NCBI GenBank assembly: GCA_021647905.1
Contig: JAKITW010000005.1
Coordinates: 181-64,180, forward strand
DNA: 64,000 nt
Direction: 5' to 3'
Source of the DNA: Desulfobacterales bacterium
GTDB lineage: Bacteria > Desulfobacterota > Desulfobulbia > Desulfobulbales > BM004
Below the pieces are notes generated by a model. It was given only the letters and a program-made list of their open reading frames with translations. It was not told the origin of the DNA and made no database searches. The position numbers and the translations under genes were made by a program. The first letter of the stretch is position 1, and the number at the start of each line of letters is the position of its first letter. This document shows, one piece after another, positions 45,034 through 54,547 of the stretch.

Positions 45034-45990
45034 ATGACAATATCCGAGCCACGTTACCGCCAACTGTATGCCAGCGGGGAATTAGCCGCAAGAAGGGATG
45101 CGGCCCTTGAACAGCTTAAGGAGTGCCGCCTCTGTCCCCGTGCCTGCGGCAGGAACCGGGTCGCCGATGAGGCCGGCTTCTGTTGCACCGGTTCCCGGGC
45201 CAAGGTTGCCAGCTATTCTCCTCACTTTGGCGAGGAGGGCCCCCTGGTCGGAACGGGCGGTTCGGGAACCATCTTTTTTAGCAACTGCAACCTGGGCTGC
45301 GTCTTCTGTCAGAACTACGAGATATCCCACCTCGGTGAAGGGGTGGAGGTTGACAGCGGCCAACTGGCCGCGATCATGCTCAGCCTGGAGAAACAGGGCT
45401 GCCATAATATCAACTTCGTTACCCCCAGCCACCTGGTGCCCCAGATCCTGGCCAGCCTGGTTATTGCCGCTGAGCACGGCCTGTCGCTGCCCCTGGTTTA
45501 CAACTCCGGCGGCTATGACTCGGTGGCTACCCTGCGGCTTCTGGACGGGGTCATTGATATCTACATGCCGGATTTCAAGTTCTGGGATCCAGCCACAGGC
45601 ATGCGTTACACCAAGGCACCTGATTATCCGGACCGGGCCCGGGCCGCGATCAGGGAGATGCACCGCCAGGTGGGCGATCTGGTTATCGATGACCGGGGCC
45701 TGGCAGTGCAGGGGCTTCTGGTCAGGCACCTGGTCATGCCCGGCGGGCTTGACCAGACCGGGGCGATCCTTGGTTTCCTGGCCCGGGACATTTCAAAAAA
45801 CACCTATGTCAATGTGATGGACCAGTACCGTCCCTGCGGCCGGGCCGATGAGTTCCCGCCCCTGGACCGGCGCACCAGCCGACAGGAGTATGAACAGGCC
45901 CTGGCCCTGGCCCGGGAGGCGGGCCTCATTCGGCTGGACCGCAGGGAGTGGTCCCGGATGCTGTACCAGCTGGCATCTGTTGATGGATGA
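45034..45990 (+). CDS. radical SAM protein (PflX/activase-like)
   Basis: 318 aa with the CNLGCVFCQN (CxxxCxxC) motif and an upstream Cys-rich segment CRLCPRAC. Confidence 0.8.
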   Translation: MTISEPRYRQLYASGELAARRDAALEQLKECRLCPRACGRNRVADEAGFCCTGSRAKVASYSPHFGEEGPLVGTGGSGTIFFSNCNLGCVFCQNYEISHLGEGVEVDSGQLAAIMLSLEKQGCHNINFVTPSHLVPQILASLVIAAEHGLSLPLVYNSGGYDSVATLRLLDGVIDIYMPDFKFWDPATGMRYTKAPDYPDRARAAIREMHRQVGDLVIDDRGLAVQGLLVRHLVMPGGLDQTGAILGFLARDISKNTYVNVMDQYRPCGRADEFPPLDRRTSRQEYEQALALAREAGLIRLDRREWSRMLYQLASVDG

Positions 45991-46022
45991 GTGATCACCC
46001 GGGTCGAAGGGAGGGAGGGGAG

Positions 46023-48809
46023 TCAGGCCGGCATCACTGTTTCCGGGGAAGTGATCGGGCTGCCGTCGCCCTGCTCCCCGGTCGGCCGGGGCAGGCTGAA
46101 GACAAAGGTGGTCCCCGGGCCGGGCCGGTTCCTTACCCAGATCCGGCCCTGGTGATGTTCAACGATTCCCTTGCAGATTGCCAGGCCCAGACCGGTGCCC
46201 TTGGGCTTGCCGTCATCCCGGTCCTTGAGCTGGTGGAATTTTTCAAAGATCCGCTTCCGTTCCTCCGCCGGAATGCCGGGGCCGTTGTCAGTGACCTCCA
46301 CCTGCACTGTTTCCCTCAACTCATACATCCGGACCAGCACCCGGCCCTTTTCCGGCGGGCAGAAATGGACCCCGTTGGAGACCAGGTTGATCACCACCTG
46401 CATGATCCGGTCCCGGTCCACCAGCATGGGCACCGGCCAGGGCGGCAGTTGTTTGTCGAGCCGGACCGATTTTTCTTGAAACAACTGGCTGGTGGCCAAC
46501 AGGGCCTCTTCCACCACCCCGCGCAGGTCAGTGGACTCGGGATTCCATTCGACCCGGTTGGCCTCGAGCTTGGCCAGGTCCAGGATCCGGTTGATCAGCC
46601 GGGTGAGCCGTTCGCTCTCCTTGACGATGATCCCCAGGAATTTACCATGCTCCTCCGGAGAGATATCCGGGTTGTCCTGCAGGATTTCGGAAAAGGCCCG
46701 GATCGAGGTCAGCGGGGTCCGCAGTTCGTGGCTCACCGTGGAAACGAACTCGTTTTTCATCCGGTCCAGTTCCTTGAGCCGTTCGTTGGCTGCCTGGAGC
46801 TTGCGGGTGGCTGCCTCCAGTTCCCGGGATTTTTCCTCCAGCCGGTGACTGTATTCAATGACCTGGGAGGTCTCGTCAAGGATCTTCATCACCCCTTCCA
46901 TGCTCAAGGCCTCGGCTTCACCCTGGATTACCGTGGAGACCATGATCCGGGCCGAGGCCGCGCCAATGGCGCCGGAGAGTAACCTTTCGGCAAACTCGAT
47001 CAGGTTGGCGTCGGCCTGGACGTCGGCGGGCAGTTCAATGCCCCTGGTCCGGGCGTAGCCGGTAAAGGCCTTTTCCGCCCGGCCCCGGCCGATGAAGCGG
47101 GTCACCAGCCCCTTGAGATCAGCGACCATCGCGGTACCGCGATGGAGAAAGACGTCATCGCTGTCAATGTCCTGTTCAAAGATGTCGACGAACAGGGTTG
47201 CCTGGATCCGTTCGATGGTGTTCTGCCGGGTGAAGAGGGAGACTCCCACCAGCAGGCCGATGTTGGCGAGCATGCTCCAGAACACCGCATGGGTAATCGG
47301 ATCGAACATATCCAGGCCAAAGAGTGCATAGGGCCGCAGGGCCTGGATTGCCAGCGGGCCCTGTTCGAGAAAGGAGCCGGGCAGCCAGCCTGTTTTGGCA
47401 AATGCCGGCAGGAGCAGGGTATAGGCCCAGACGATGAAGCCGGCCATCAGCCCGGCAATGGCGCCCTGGCGGCTGGCGCCTTTCCAGTAGATGCCCGCCA
47501 GGATCGCCGGCGCGAACTGGGCCGCCGCCGCAAAAGAGACCAGGCCGATGGAGACCAGGGCATAGGACTCGCCGATCAACCGGACATAGAGGTAGCTCAA
47601 GAAGAGGATGGCAACGATGCTGCCCCGCCGGATGGCGAGCAACAGCCCGCTTAACTCCTTGCGCTGCTGCAGGGCCGGGGTGCGGAGCAGGATCGGCATC
47701 ACCAGGTCGTTGCATACCATGGTGGACAAGGCCACCGTGGCCACGATCACCATCCCGGTTGCCGCGGAGAGGCCGCCGAGAAAGGCAAACAGGGCGAGAA
47801 GGTTCTGGCCCTCGGTAAGCGGCAGGATGAGCACGAATGTGTCCGGATCGATGCTGCCGTCGGGAAACAGCATCAGCCCGGCAAAGGAGATGGGCAGGAC
47901 AAAGATGTTGATGGCCAGCAAGTAAAGGGGGAAGAGCCACATTGCTTTTTTGAGATGTTGTTCGTCGACGTTTTCCACCACCAGGACCTGGAACTGTCTG
48001 GGCAGGAAGAGGATCGCCATCATTGACAGAAAGGTGAGTGACAGCCAGTTGGCATAGCCGCCGGGCAGCGCTTCCAGTTGGAGCAGCTCTCCCAGTTTCG
48101 GGTATTGGGGAATCCAGCTGAACAGTTCGGCGGGTCCGTCGAACAGGAAGAAGGTGATGTAGATGCCCACCGCGGAAAAGGCGAGCAGTTTGACCAGGGA
48201 CTCGAAGGCAATGGCCGCCACCATGCCCTCGTGCCGTTCGGTGGCATCGATGTGCCGGGTGCCGAAGAGAATGGAAAAAAGGGCCATGGCCAGACTTACC
48301 CAGAGCGCGGTATCCGACCACAGGGACAGGCCGGTGTGGGCCTGGGGAAACTGGACCGCCGGAAAGTGGAGCAGCACCTGGAAACTGGTGGACACCGCCT
48401 TGAGTTGCAGGGAGATATAGGGCATGATTCCGACCACGGCGATGATCGTGACCAGTCCGCCGATCCGGGTGGATTTGCCGTAGCGGGAGGCGATGAAGTC
48501 GGCGATCGAGGTGATCCGGTGTGCCTTGGAGATGCGGATGATCTTGCGGAGCACGAACCACCACAGGGCCGCCATCAGGGTGGGGCCGATGTAGATGGGG
48601 AGAAAACCGACCCCGGTGGAGGCGGCCCGGCCGACGCTGCCGTAGAAGGTCCAGGCGGTACAGTAAACCGCGATGGACAGGGTGTATACATAGGGGTTGC
48701 TGGTTACCGAGCGGCCGGCATCGGCCCGCTGGTCGGCAAAATAGGCAATGGCGAACAGCAGGCTCAGGTAACTGAACGCGATAAGGATGATGAGCCAGTC
48801 GGGCAGCAT
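46023..48809 (-). CDS. sensor histidine kinase with N-terminal sodium:solute symporter (SSS/SLC5) domain (CbrA/CrbS-like)
   Basis: 928 aa. About 13 TM segments of symporter-like sequence are followed by a coiled coil, HisKA (FVSTVSHELRTPLTSI) and HATPase_c (VTDNGPGIP...GTGLGLAICK). There is no C-terminal receiver domain. Confidence 0.9.
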   Translation of the reverse strand: MLPDWLIILIAFSYLSLLFAIAYFADQRADAGRSVTSNPYVYTLSIAVYCTAWTFYGSVGRAASTGVGFLPIYIGPTLMAALWWFVLRKIIRISKAHRITSIADFIASRYGKSTRIGGLVTIIAVVGIMPYISLQLKAVSTSFQVLLHFPAVQFPQAHTGLSLWSDTALWVSLAMALFSILFGTRHIDATERHEGMVAAIAFESLVKLLAFSAVGIYITFFLFDGPAELFSWIPQYPKLGELLQLEALPGGYANWLSLTFLSMMAILFLPRQFQVLVVENVDEQHLKKAMWLFPLYLLAINIFVLPISFAGLMLFPDGSIDPDTFVLILPLTEGQNLLALFAFLGGLSAATGMVIVATVALSTMVCNDLVMPILLRTPALQQRKELSGLLLAIRRGSIVAILFLSYLYVRLIGESYALVSIGLVSFAAAAQFAPAILAGIYWKGASRQGAIAGLMAGFIVWAYTLLLPAFAKTGWLPGSFLEQGPLAIQALRPYALFGLDMFDPITHAVFWSMLANIGLLVGVSLFTRQNTIERIQATLFVDIFEQDIDSDDVFLHRGTAMVADLKGLVTRFIGRGRAEKAFTGYARTRGIELPADVQADANLIEFAERLLSGAIGAASARIMVSTVIQGEAEALSMEGVMKILDETSQVIEYSHRLEEKSRELEAATRKLQAANERLKELDRMKNEFVSTVSHELRTPLTSIRAFSEILQDNPDISPEEHGKFLGIIVKESERLTRLINRILDLAKLEANRVEWNPESTDLRGVVEEALLATSQLFQEKSVRLDKQLPPWPVPMLVDRDRIMQVVINLVSNGVHFCPPEKGRVLVRMYELRETVQVEVTDNGPGIPAEERKRIFEKFHQLKDRDDGKPKGTGLGLAICKGIVEHHQGRIWVRNRPGPGTTFVFSLPRPTGEQGDGSPITSPETVMPA

Positions 48810-48810
48810 G

Positions 48811-49065
48811 TCAGGTCGGGTCCCTGGGATCGGAGGATTGGGCCTCGGCCGATGGAACGGGCCTGGTTTTTTTTCTTTTTTCCATTACCAGGGCCAGGAC
48901 AAGGATAAAGAAGGCCCAGAACATAAAGAGATAAAGGAACAGGGTCGGCAGGCCGAAGCAGATGGACGGCCTGCTGAACAGGGCCAGGAGCGGATAATTG
49001 AACGCCAGGCAGCCCAGGATGAACAGGGCGATAAGCAGTTCTTTTTTAGGTTTGGGCGCGGGCAT
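48811..49065 (-). CDS. small hydrophobic protein (CbrX-like position)
   Basis: 84 aa with 2 predicted TM segments. The stop lies 1 nt before the start of the SSS-kinase gene, suggesting translational coupling. Confidence 0.5.
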   Translation of the reverse strand: MPAPKPKKELLIALFILGCLAFNYPLLALFSRPSICFGLPTLFLYLFMFWAFFILVLALVMEKRKKTRPVPSAEAQSSDPRDPT

Positions 49066-49134
49066 GGCGGAATGTTGTTTTTTTTATGGCGATGGCCGGG
49101 GGCCTGGCCGGTCCGCGATCCGGGTGCGGGTCTT

Positions 49135-51255
49135 TCAGAACATGGTCTGCTGTTTCCGCACCGCGATCATCTTGTCTGCCGCGGCCATCGCCTGGCCCAG
49201 GGTAAGGATGCCGCGCTGCTTCAGCAGGTCCAGCAGCCGGATGAATATCTCGGCAGTGACCGTGGCGTCACCCAGGGCGGTGTGGCGGAAGCGGACCTCC
49301 ACCCCCAGGCGGTCGGCAATGGCATCCAGGTAATGGTCCCGGGTGTGGTCATGGAGAAAGACCGACAGCAGCAGGGTGTCGAGGATCGGGTTGGCGAACC
49401 GGACCCCGGCCGCGTCTTCCTTGAGTTGGATGAACTTCATGTCAAAGGCGGCATTGTGGGCCACCAGCACCGATTCGCCGACAAAGTTTTTGAACAGGGG
49501 CAGGATCTCGGTTATCAACGGCTGGTCCTTGATCATCTCGTCGGTGATGCCGTGGAAGCGCACCGAGCTTTTGGGGATCGTCCGGCCCGGGTTGACCATC
49601 CGGGTGAAGGTCTCGCCCTTGACGATCCGCTGGTTGACGATCCGGACCGCGCCCAGGGAGACGATCTCGTCGCCGGCCGAGGGCTCAAGCCCGGTGGTCT
49701 CGGTATCAAAAACCGTAAAGGTGCATTGGTTGAGCGGCCGATCAGCCAACTCTCCCAGGCCGCCGTGCATCTCGGCCAGGGAGAAATCGTAGAACTCCGG
49801 CCGGGCCGGCTGCGCTTGCTCTGTTGTTTGCCGCCACTGACGGGGCGAGATTGGCACCGGGATGCGCAAGGTGGCCCAGCCCTCCCGGCGATGGGACTGG
49901 CTCCAGAGATTGCTGCCGTGCCGGGCCAGGATGTCGGCCAGCTTAAGATCGCCGACACTGCCGGGCAGTGGTTGTTGCAGCCATTTATCGATCTCGGCCG
50001 GCAATACTGGTTTGCCGGGCCAGGCAAGGGCGAGGTAGACCCGCCGGTCGCCCAGCAGGGCCTCGGCGCTGAGCGAGGTGACCTGGCTGGACTCCTTTAT
50101 CCGTTGGGCCAGGAAGGTCAGGACCAGCATCAGGGAATGGCTGTCGCCGCGGAACCAGAGCGGCATCCCGCTGCTGGCCAGTTCCGGTCCGCCGGTCTCC
50201 CGCAGCCGGCGGGAGACGAACTTGAAAAGATCCCCGGAGTTGATATCGGTTAAGGAGTTGTGGGTCGAGGTCAAGAGCCGGCAGTCGCGGACCAGTTTTT
50301 CAAAGCGGTCGGTCAACTCCGAGCTTTCCTGGGCAATGACGTTCTCAAAGGCGCTCCGCATGACCGGGGCCATGTCGGGAAAGGCGACCAGGTTCTCGGC
50401 CGCGGCCCGCAGGCTGGCCAGCGGTCCGCGCAGGGCCTCTATCGGCCCGCGGAGCGAGATGTCGGTCAGTCCGGGCGATTCGGTCTGCAAGGCTACCTCG
50501 TCAAAGGTGATTACAAAAACCGGCCCGGCCGCCGAGCGGCCGGGGATCAACTCCATCTGGCATTGCAGGAGCTTGGCGCCGTTGACAGTGGGACAGAGGA
50601 AACGGCCCTCAATGCCGGCGGCCGGCTGGGAGAGGTTGTCCCGCCGGTGCTGGAGAAGCATGCCCAGGGTATGTTCGATCGGTCCCCGGGCGCAGATCGC
50701 ATAGAGGGAACGGCCGAGGCCGAGGGCCTCGTGATTGTCCAGCAGTCGTTGGGCCGCCGGGTTATAGAGCAGGATCCGGGCCTGGTGGTGGCAGACCACC
50801 ACCCCTTCGTGGATCTCCCGGACCACTGCTTCCAGCCAGGCCTTCTGTTCCTCAACCCTGGTGGCCCCGGTTGCCAGGGCCTCGCCGACCTCGCGCCGGC
50901 TGTTGTGGAGCCGGTCGCCTAACCGGTGCAGGGCATCCGGCAGTTCATCGAGAAGGTTGAAGCCGGGGATTTCCAGCCGGTGGGTGGGGTTGGACTCGGT
51001 GATTATTCCCACCCCGCGGATTACGGCCCCAAGGGGCCGGAACAGGGCCTGGTCGAGCAGGATCCCGAATATCGCCATCGCGGTGATCAGCAACAGTACC
51101 GCCCCGCCCAGGTAGAAGGCCAGGGCAACCTCCTGTTGCGGGGAAAGGGCCGGAAAAAAAAAGCTCAGCCGCCAGAGCGCGCCGGCCGAGATCAGCAGCA
51201 CGGCCAGGATGATTCCCGCCACCAGGCCCCAGAATTTTTTTCGGCTAGCCGGCAT
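49135..51255 (-). CDS. membrane sensor (HAMP/PAS-like, degenerate kinase core) fused to DEDDh 3'-5' exonuclease (DnaQ-like)
   Basis: 706 aa with 2 TM segments and a PAS-like region. The DHp-like helix IEALRGPLASLRAAAENL aligns to SHELRTPLTSIRAFSEIL of the neighbouring kinase but has His replaced by Glu. The G1 box is degenerate. C-terminal exonuclease motifs: DTETTG, HNAAFD, HTALGDA. Confidence 0.85.
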   Translation of the reverse strand: MPASRKKFWGLVAGIILAVLLISAGALWRLSFFFPALSPQQEVALAFYLGGAVLLLITAMAIFGILLDQALFRPLGAVIRGVGIITESNPTHRLEIPGFNLLDELPDALHRLGDRLHNSRREVGEALATGATRVEEQKAWLEAVVREIHEGVVVCHHQARILLYNPAAQRLLDNHEALGLGRSLYAICARGPIEHTLGMLLQHRRDNLSQPAAGIEGRFLCPTVNGAKLLQCQMELIPGRSAAGPVFVITFDEVALQTESPGLTDISLRGPIEALRGPLASLRAAAENLVAFPDMAPVMRSAFENVIAQESSELTDRFEKLVRDCRLLTSTHNSLTDINSGDLFKFVSRRLRETGGPELASSGMPLWFRGDSHSLMLVLTFLAQRIKESSQVTSLSAEALLGDRRVYLALAWPGKPVLPAEIDKWLQQPLPGSVGDLKLADILARHGSNLWSQSHRREGWATLRIPVPISPRQWRQTTEQAQPARPEFYDFSLAEMHGGLGELADRPLNQCTFTVFDTETTGLEPSAGDEIVSLGAVRIVNQRIVKGETFTRMVNPGRTIPKSSVRFHGITDEMIKDQPLITEILPLFKNFVGESVLVAHNAAFDMKFIQLKEDAAGVRFANPILDTLLLSVFLHDHTRDHYLDAIADRLGVEVRFRHTALGDATVTAEIFIRLLDLLKQRGILTLGQAMAAADKMIAVRKQQTMF

Positions 51256-51321
51256 GGACAGGGACCGGAGATGTTTTTTGAGGGCATCGATGGAAGACGA
51301 GACAATACATAGGGATTACTT

Positions 51322-51693
51322 CTATTCCCCCTTGAGGAGCGCCTTGACCGTATCCAGCACCTCCTGGGTGCTGAAGGGCTTGGTGATGTAGGCGTCGGCG
51401 CCCAGGGCGAGTCCTTTTTCCTGCTCAATCGCCCGGCCCTTGGCGGTGAGCATGATTATCCGTATGTCCGCCAGGGCCGGGTCGGCGCGGATGGCCTGGC
51501 ATACCTCATACCCGTCCAGCTTGGGCATCATTACATCGAGCAGGATCAGGTCGGGCCGGTTTTCTCTTACCGCCAGAAGCGTCTCCTCACCGTTGGTAGC
51601 GGTGCGCACCTTGTATCCTGCCTGGCGCATGAGAAAGTCCAGGGACAGGATGATGTTCGGAGCGTCGTCCACCACCAGAATACTGTGTGCCAC
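51322..51693 (-). CDS. single-domain CheY-like response regulator
   Basis: 123 aa with canonical motifs: VVDD, LILLDVMMP, LTAKG, KPF. GTG start. Confidence 0.9.
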   Translation of the reverse strand: MAHSILVVDDAPNIILSLDFLMRQAGYKVRTATNGEETLLAVRENRPDLILLDVMMPKLDGYEVCQAIRADPALADIRIIMLTAKGRAIEQEKGLALGADAYITKPFSTQEVLDTVKALLKGE

Positions 51694-52072
51694 GGGTCAC
51701 CCCCCCCTTTTTTTAAGAAATGGTCGTTAATGCCCGGACAAAGAATCCGGGCGCCAACCGGCGGCATGTTGTCGAAAGGCCGCTGGCCAACGCCGGGAAC
51801 AGGTCGCAGGGCGCGGAGTTTTCCGTTAAACTTATAAAATGGTAGCCGAAAGGACACGGTTATGCAAGGATATGGACATGAAGCGGCAAAGAGAAACAGC
51901 TATGCCACATTGTGGTATTTTTATCATGGGCATCGGTTGCCGGATCCGGCCGGAGGGGAACGGGGGCCGAAGATGGGGCCCCGGCGACCGTTGCTGGATT
52001 GCCGGGACGTTTTTCGAGCACAAAGCGGCAGACGCAGGTCATTGCGCTGATGCCGCGAATCGCTGGTGAGAA

Positions 52073-53605
52073 ATGCGGGTCAAGGAATCGGTTCATAATC
52101 TGCTGCGCTGGAAGTTCAGGGGCCGGGCCGACCCGGCCGCGCCGGACGCGGATTTTTCCCGCCGGCAGGAGGCCCGGCGGTTGAGCGAAGAACGGTTCGC
52201 CGCTGCATTTAAGACCAGTCTCGACGCGGTTCAGATCAACCGGCTCGAGGATGATTGCTATGTGGACATCAATGAGGGGTTTACCGCGATAACCGGTTTC
52301 GGCCGGGCCGAGGTGATTGGCAAAACCAGCGCGGAGGTTGATATCTGGGGTGACGGGGAGACCCGGGCCCGGATAATTGATGCGCTTAAGCAGGAACGTT
52401 CGTTGATGAACATGGAGGTCCGGTTCCGGGGCCGTACCGGTGAACTGCGGACCGGCACGGTGTGTGCCATGGTGATGAACCTCCAGGGCACGCCCCATGT
52501 CCTTACCGTTATCCGGGATATCGATGTTCTCAAGAAAACCGAAGAGGCCCTTGCCGTCAGCGAGGCCAGGTTTCGTGAACTCTTCAACAATATGAGTAAT
52601 GGGGTGGCGGTATTCAAGGCCCTGGAGGATGGCGACGATTTCGTGGTCGTTGATTTCAACCGGGCCGCGGAGCGGATCGAGGGGGTGTATCGGGACGAGG
52701 TGGTCGGCCGGAGCGTGTCAGCGGTTTTCACTGCGGCCGAGGAGCGCGGTCTGTCGGATGTGTTTCGCCGGGTGTGGCGCACCGGCGAGCCGGAACACCA
52801 CCCGGTGGCGATCTTCCGGCACGGACGGCTGCGGACCTGGAAGGAGAACTACATCTACCGGCTCCCTTCCGGTGAGATCATCGATGTCTACGAGGATATC
52901 ACCAAGCGGCGACAGGCCGAGGAGAAGCTGCTGGCCTACCAGGAGCAGTTGAAGGACCTGACCTCCGAGCTTTGCCTGACCGAGGAGCGTGAACGGCGGA
53001 GTATCGCCACCGATCTCCATGACCAGATCGGTCAGACCCTGTCGGTGATCAAGATGAAGCTCTTCGAGGTCCGGGAACGGTGTCTTGACCCTGATCTGGG
53101 CGGGCCCCTGGCCGAGGCCATGGAACTCCTGAAACAGGCCATTCGGGAGGCCCGTTCCCTGACCTTTGAGTTAAGCCCGCCGATGCTGTATGAACTGGGC
53201 CTGGAAGCGGCCCTGGAATGGCTGGGCGAGGTTTTTCAGGAACAGCACGGGATTAACTGTGTTGTCACCGTTGACCGGGAACCGAAGCCACTGGACGAGG
53301 ACCTGCGGATCGTCCTGTTCCGCTCGGTGCGGGAACTGCTGGCCAATGTTCTCAAACATGCCCGGACCCGGTCCGTGGACCTGTCGGTGTACCGGCGGGA
53401 GGACCGGGTGGTGGTGGTTGTGGTTGACCGGGGCGTCGGCTTTGACCCCAATGAGATCAATGACCGGACCATTCGCCACCGCGGCTTCGGCCTGTTCAAT
53501 ATCCGGGAGCGGCTGGGCCGGCTCGGCGGCCGGCTCTCCCTTGAATCCGGGCCCGGCCGGGGAACCCGGGTCACGCTCAGCGCTCCCTTGAAAACCGAGT
53601 GGTAA
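52073..53605 (+). CDS. PAS-PAS sensor histidine kinase (HisKA_3/NarL-pairing type)
   Basis: 510 aa with two PAS modules, an H-box ERRSIATDLHDQIGQTLS, and HATPase_c (VDRGVGF...GFGLFNIRERL). Confidence 0.9.
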   Translation: MRVKESVHNLLRWKFRGRADPAAPDADFSRRQEARRLSEERFAAAFKTSLDAVQINRLEDDCYVDINEGFTAITGFGRAEVIGKTSAEVDIWGDGETRARIIDALKQERSLMNMEVRFRGRTGELRTGTVCAMVMNLQGTPHVLTVIRDIDVLKKTEEALAVSEARFRELFNNMSNGVAVFKALEDGDDFVVVDFNRAAERIEGVYRDEVVGRSVSAVFTAAEERGLSDVFRRVWRTGEPEHHPVAIFRHGRLRTWKENYIYRLPSGEIIDVYEDITKRRQAEEKLLAYQEQLKDLTSELCLTEERERRSIATDLHDQIGQTLSVIKMKLFEVRERCLDPDLGGPLAEAMELLKQAIREARSLTFELSPPMLYELGLEAALEWLGEVFQEQHGINCVVTVDREPKPLDEDLRIVLFRSVRELLANVLKHARTRSVDLSVYRREDRVVVVVVDRGVGFDPNEINDRTIRHRGFGLFNIRERLGRLGGRLSLESGPGRGTRVTLSAPLKTEW

Positions 53606-53659
53606 GTGTTGCGACAGGCCTCTTTCCTGTAAATCGAATCCTGGCGGGAATTACAGCTC

Positions 53660-54310
53660 ATGACTATCCGAATACTATTGGCCGATGACCACAAGATCAT
53701 GCGGGCCGGTCTCTGCTCGCTGCTCGAAAAACAACCGGACATGGAGGTGGTCGCTGAGGCGGAAAATGGCCGCCGGGCCGTGCAGATGACCATTGAACAT
53801 AAACCCGACGTGGTGATCATGGATGTGAGCATGCCCGAACTGAACGGGATTGAGGCCACCCGGCAGATTGTCGCCGCGGTCCCTGGAACCAGGATAATCG
53901 CCCTGTCCATGTATTCGGACAAGCGGTTCGTGGTCGGCATGCTCCAGGCCGGGGCCGCCGGGTTTCTTTTAAAGGACTGCGCCTCCCAGGATCTGGCCCG
54001 GGCGATCAACGCGGTGGCGAGCGGCAAGAACTATCTGAGCCCGGAAATCGCCGGGGTAATGATCGAGGACTATGTGCATCGTTTTGCCGTGGCCGATGCC
54101 ACCACCCAGGTGTTGACCGCCCGCGAGCGGGAGGTGCTGCAGCTCATTGCCGAGGGCTGGGCCACCAGGGAGATCGCCGGCCGCTTGTACGTGAGCGTCA
54201 AAACCGTGGAGACCCATCGCCGCAAGATCATGAAAAAACTGGATATCCATTCCGTGGCCGACCTTACCAAGTACGCCATCCGGGAGGGGCTTACCTCGCT
54301 GGAGTCGTGA
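53660..54310 (+). CDS. NarL/LuxR-family response regulator
   Basis: 216 aa. Receiver domain (LLADDH...VVIMDVSMP) plus a LuxR HTH (LTAREREVLQLIAEGWATREIAGRLYVSVKTVETHRRKIMKKL). Confidence 0.95.
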   Translation: MTIRILLADDHKIMRAGLCSLLEKQPDMEVVAEAENGRRAVQMTIEHKPDVVIMDVSMPELNGIEATRQIVAAVPGTRIIALSMYSDKRFVVGMLQAGAAGFLLKDCASQDLARAINAVASGKNYLSPEIAGVMIEDYVHRFAVADATTQVLTAREREVLQLIAEGWATREIAGRLYVSVKTVETHRRKIMKKLDIHSVADLTKYAIREGLTSLES

Positions 54311-54338
54311 TTGTTCTTGAGGCGAACCCAACCCCGTG

Positions 54339-54433
54339 CTCAGGGCCGGGTCAGTGCTGGTCGGCTCTGCTGGTAGTTGATATAGTTCTGAATGGCGAAC
54401 AATCGAGTGACGAATAAAGGGCTGTAACGGGCC
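54339..54433 (+). repeat. family-C intergenic repeat, copy 2
   Basis: Aligns with 25982-26106. It is followed at 54461-54493 by inverted copies of the 15-bp unit (TTGTTCGTAACTCGAATGTTCGATTGTTTGTCA). Confidence 0.8.
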
Positions 54434-54510
54434 TTATCGAATCAGTTGTTTTTCATTTTTTTTGTTCGTAACTCGAATGTTCGATTGTTTGTCAATGTCC
54501 CCCTTCCCCC

Positions 54511-54547
54511 TTTCACATTTCACATTTCACATTTCACATTTCACATT
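54511..54547 (+). repeat. heptanucleotide microsatellite (TTTCACA)x5
   Basis: Five perfect tandem TTTCACA units plus TT, flanked by C-rich tracts (CCCCCTTCCCCC and C8). Confidence 0.95.
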
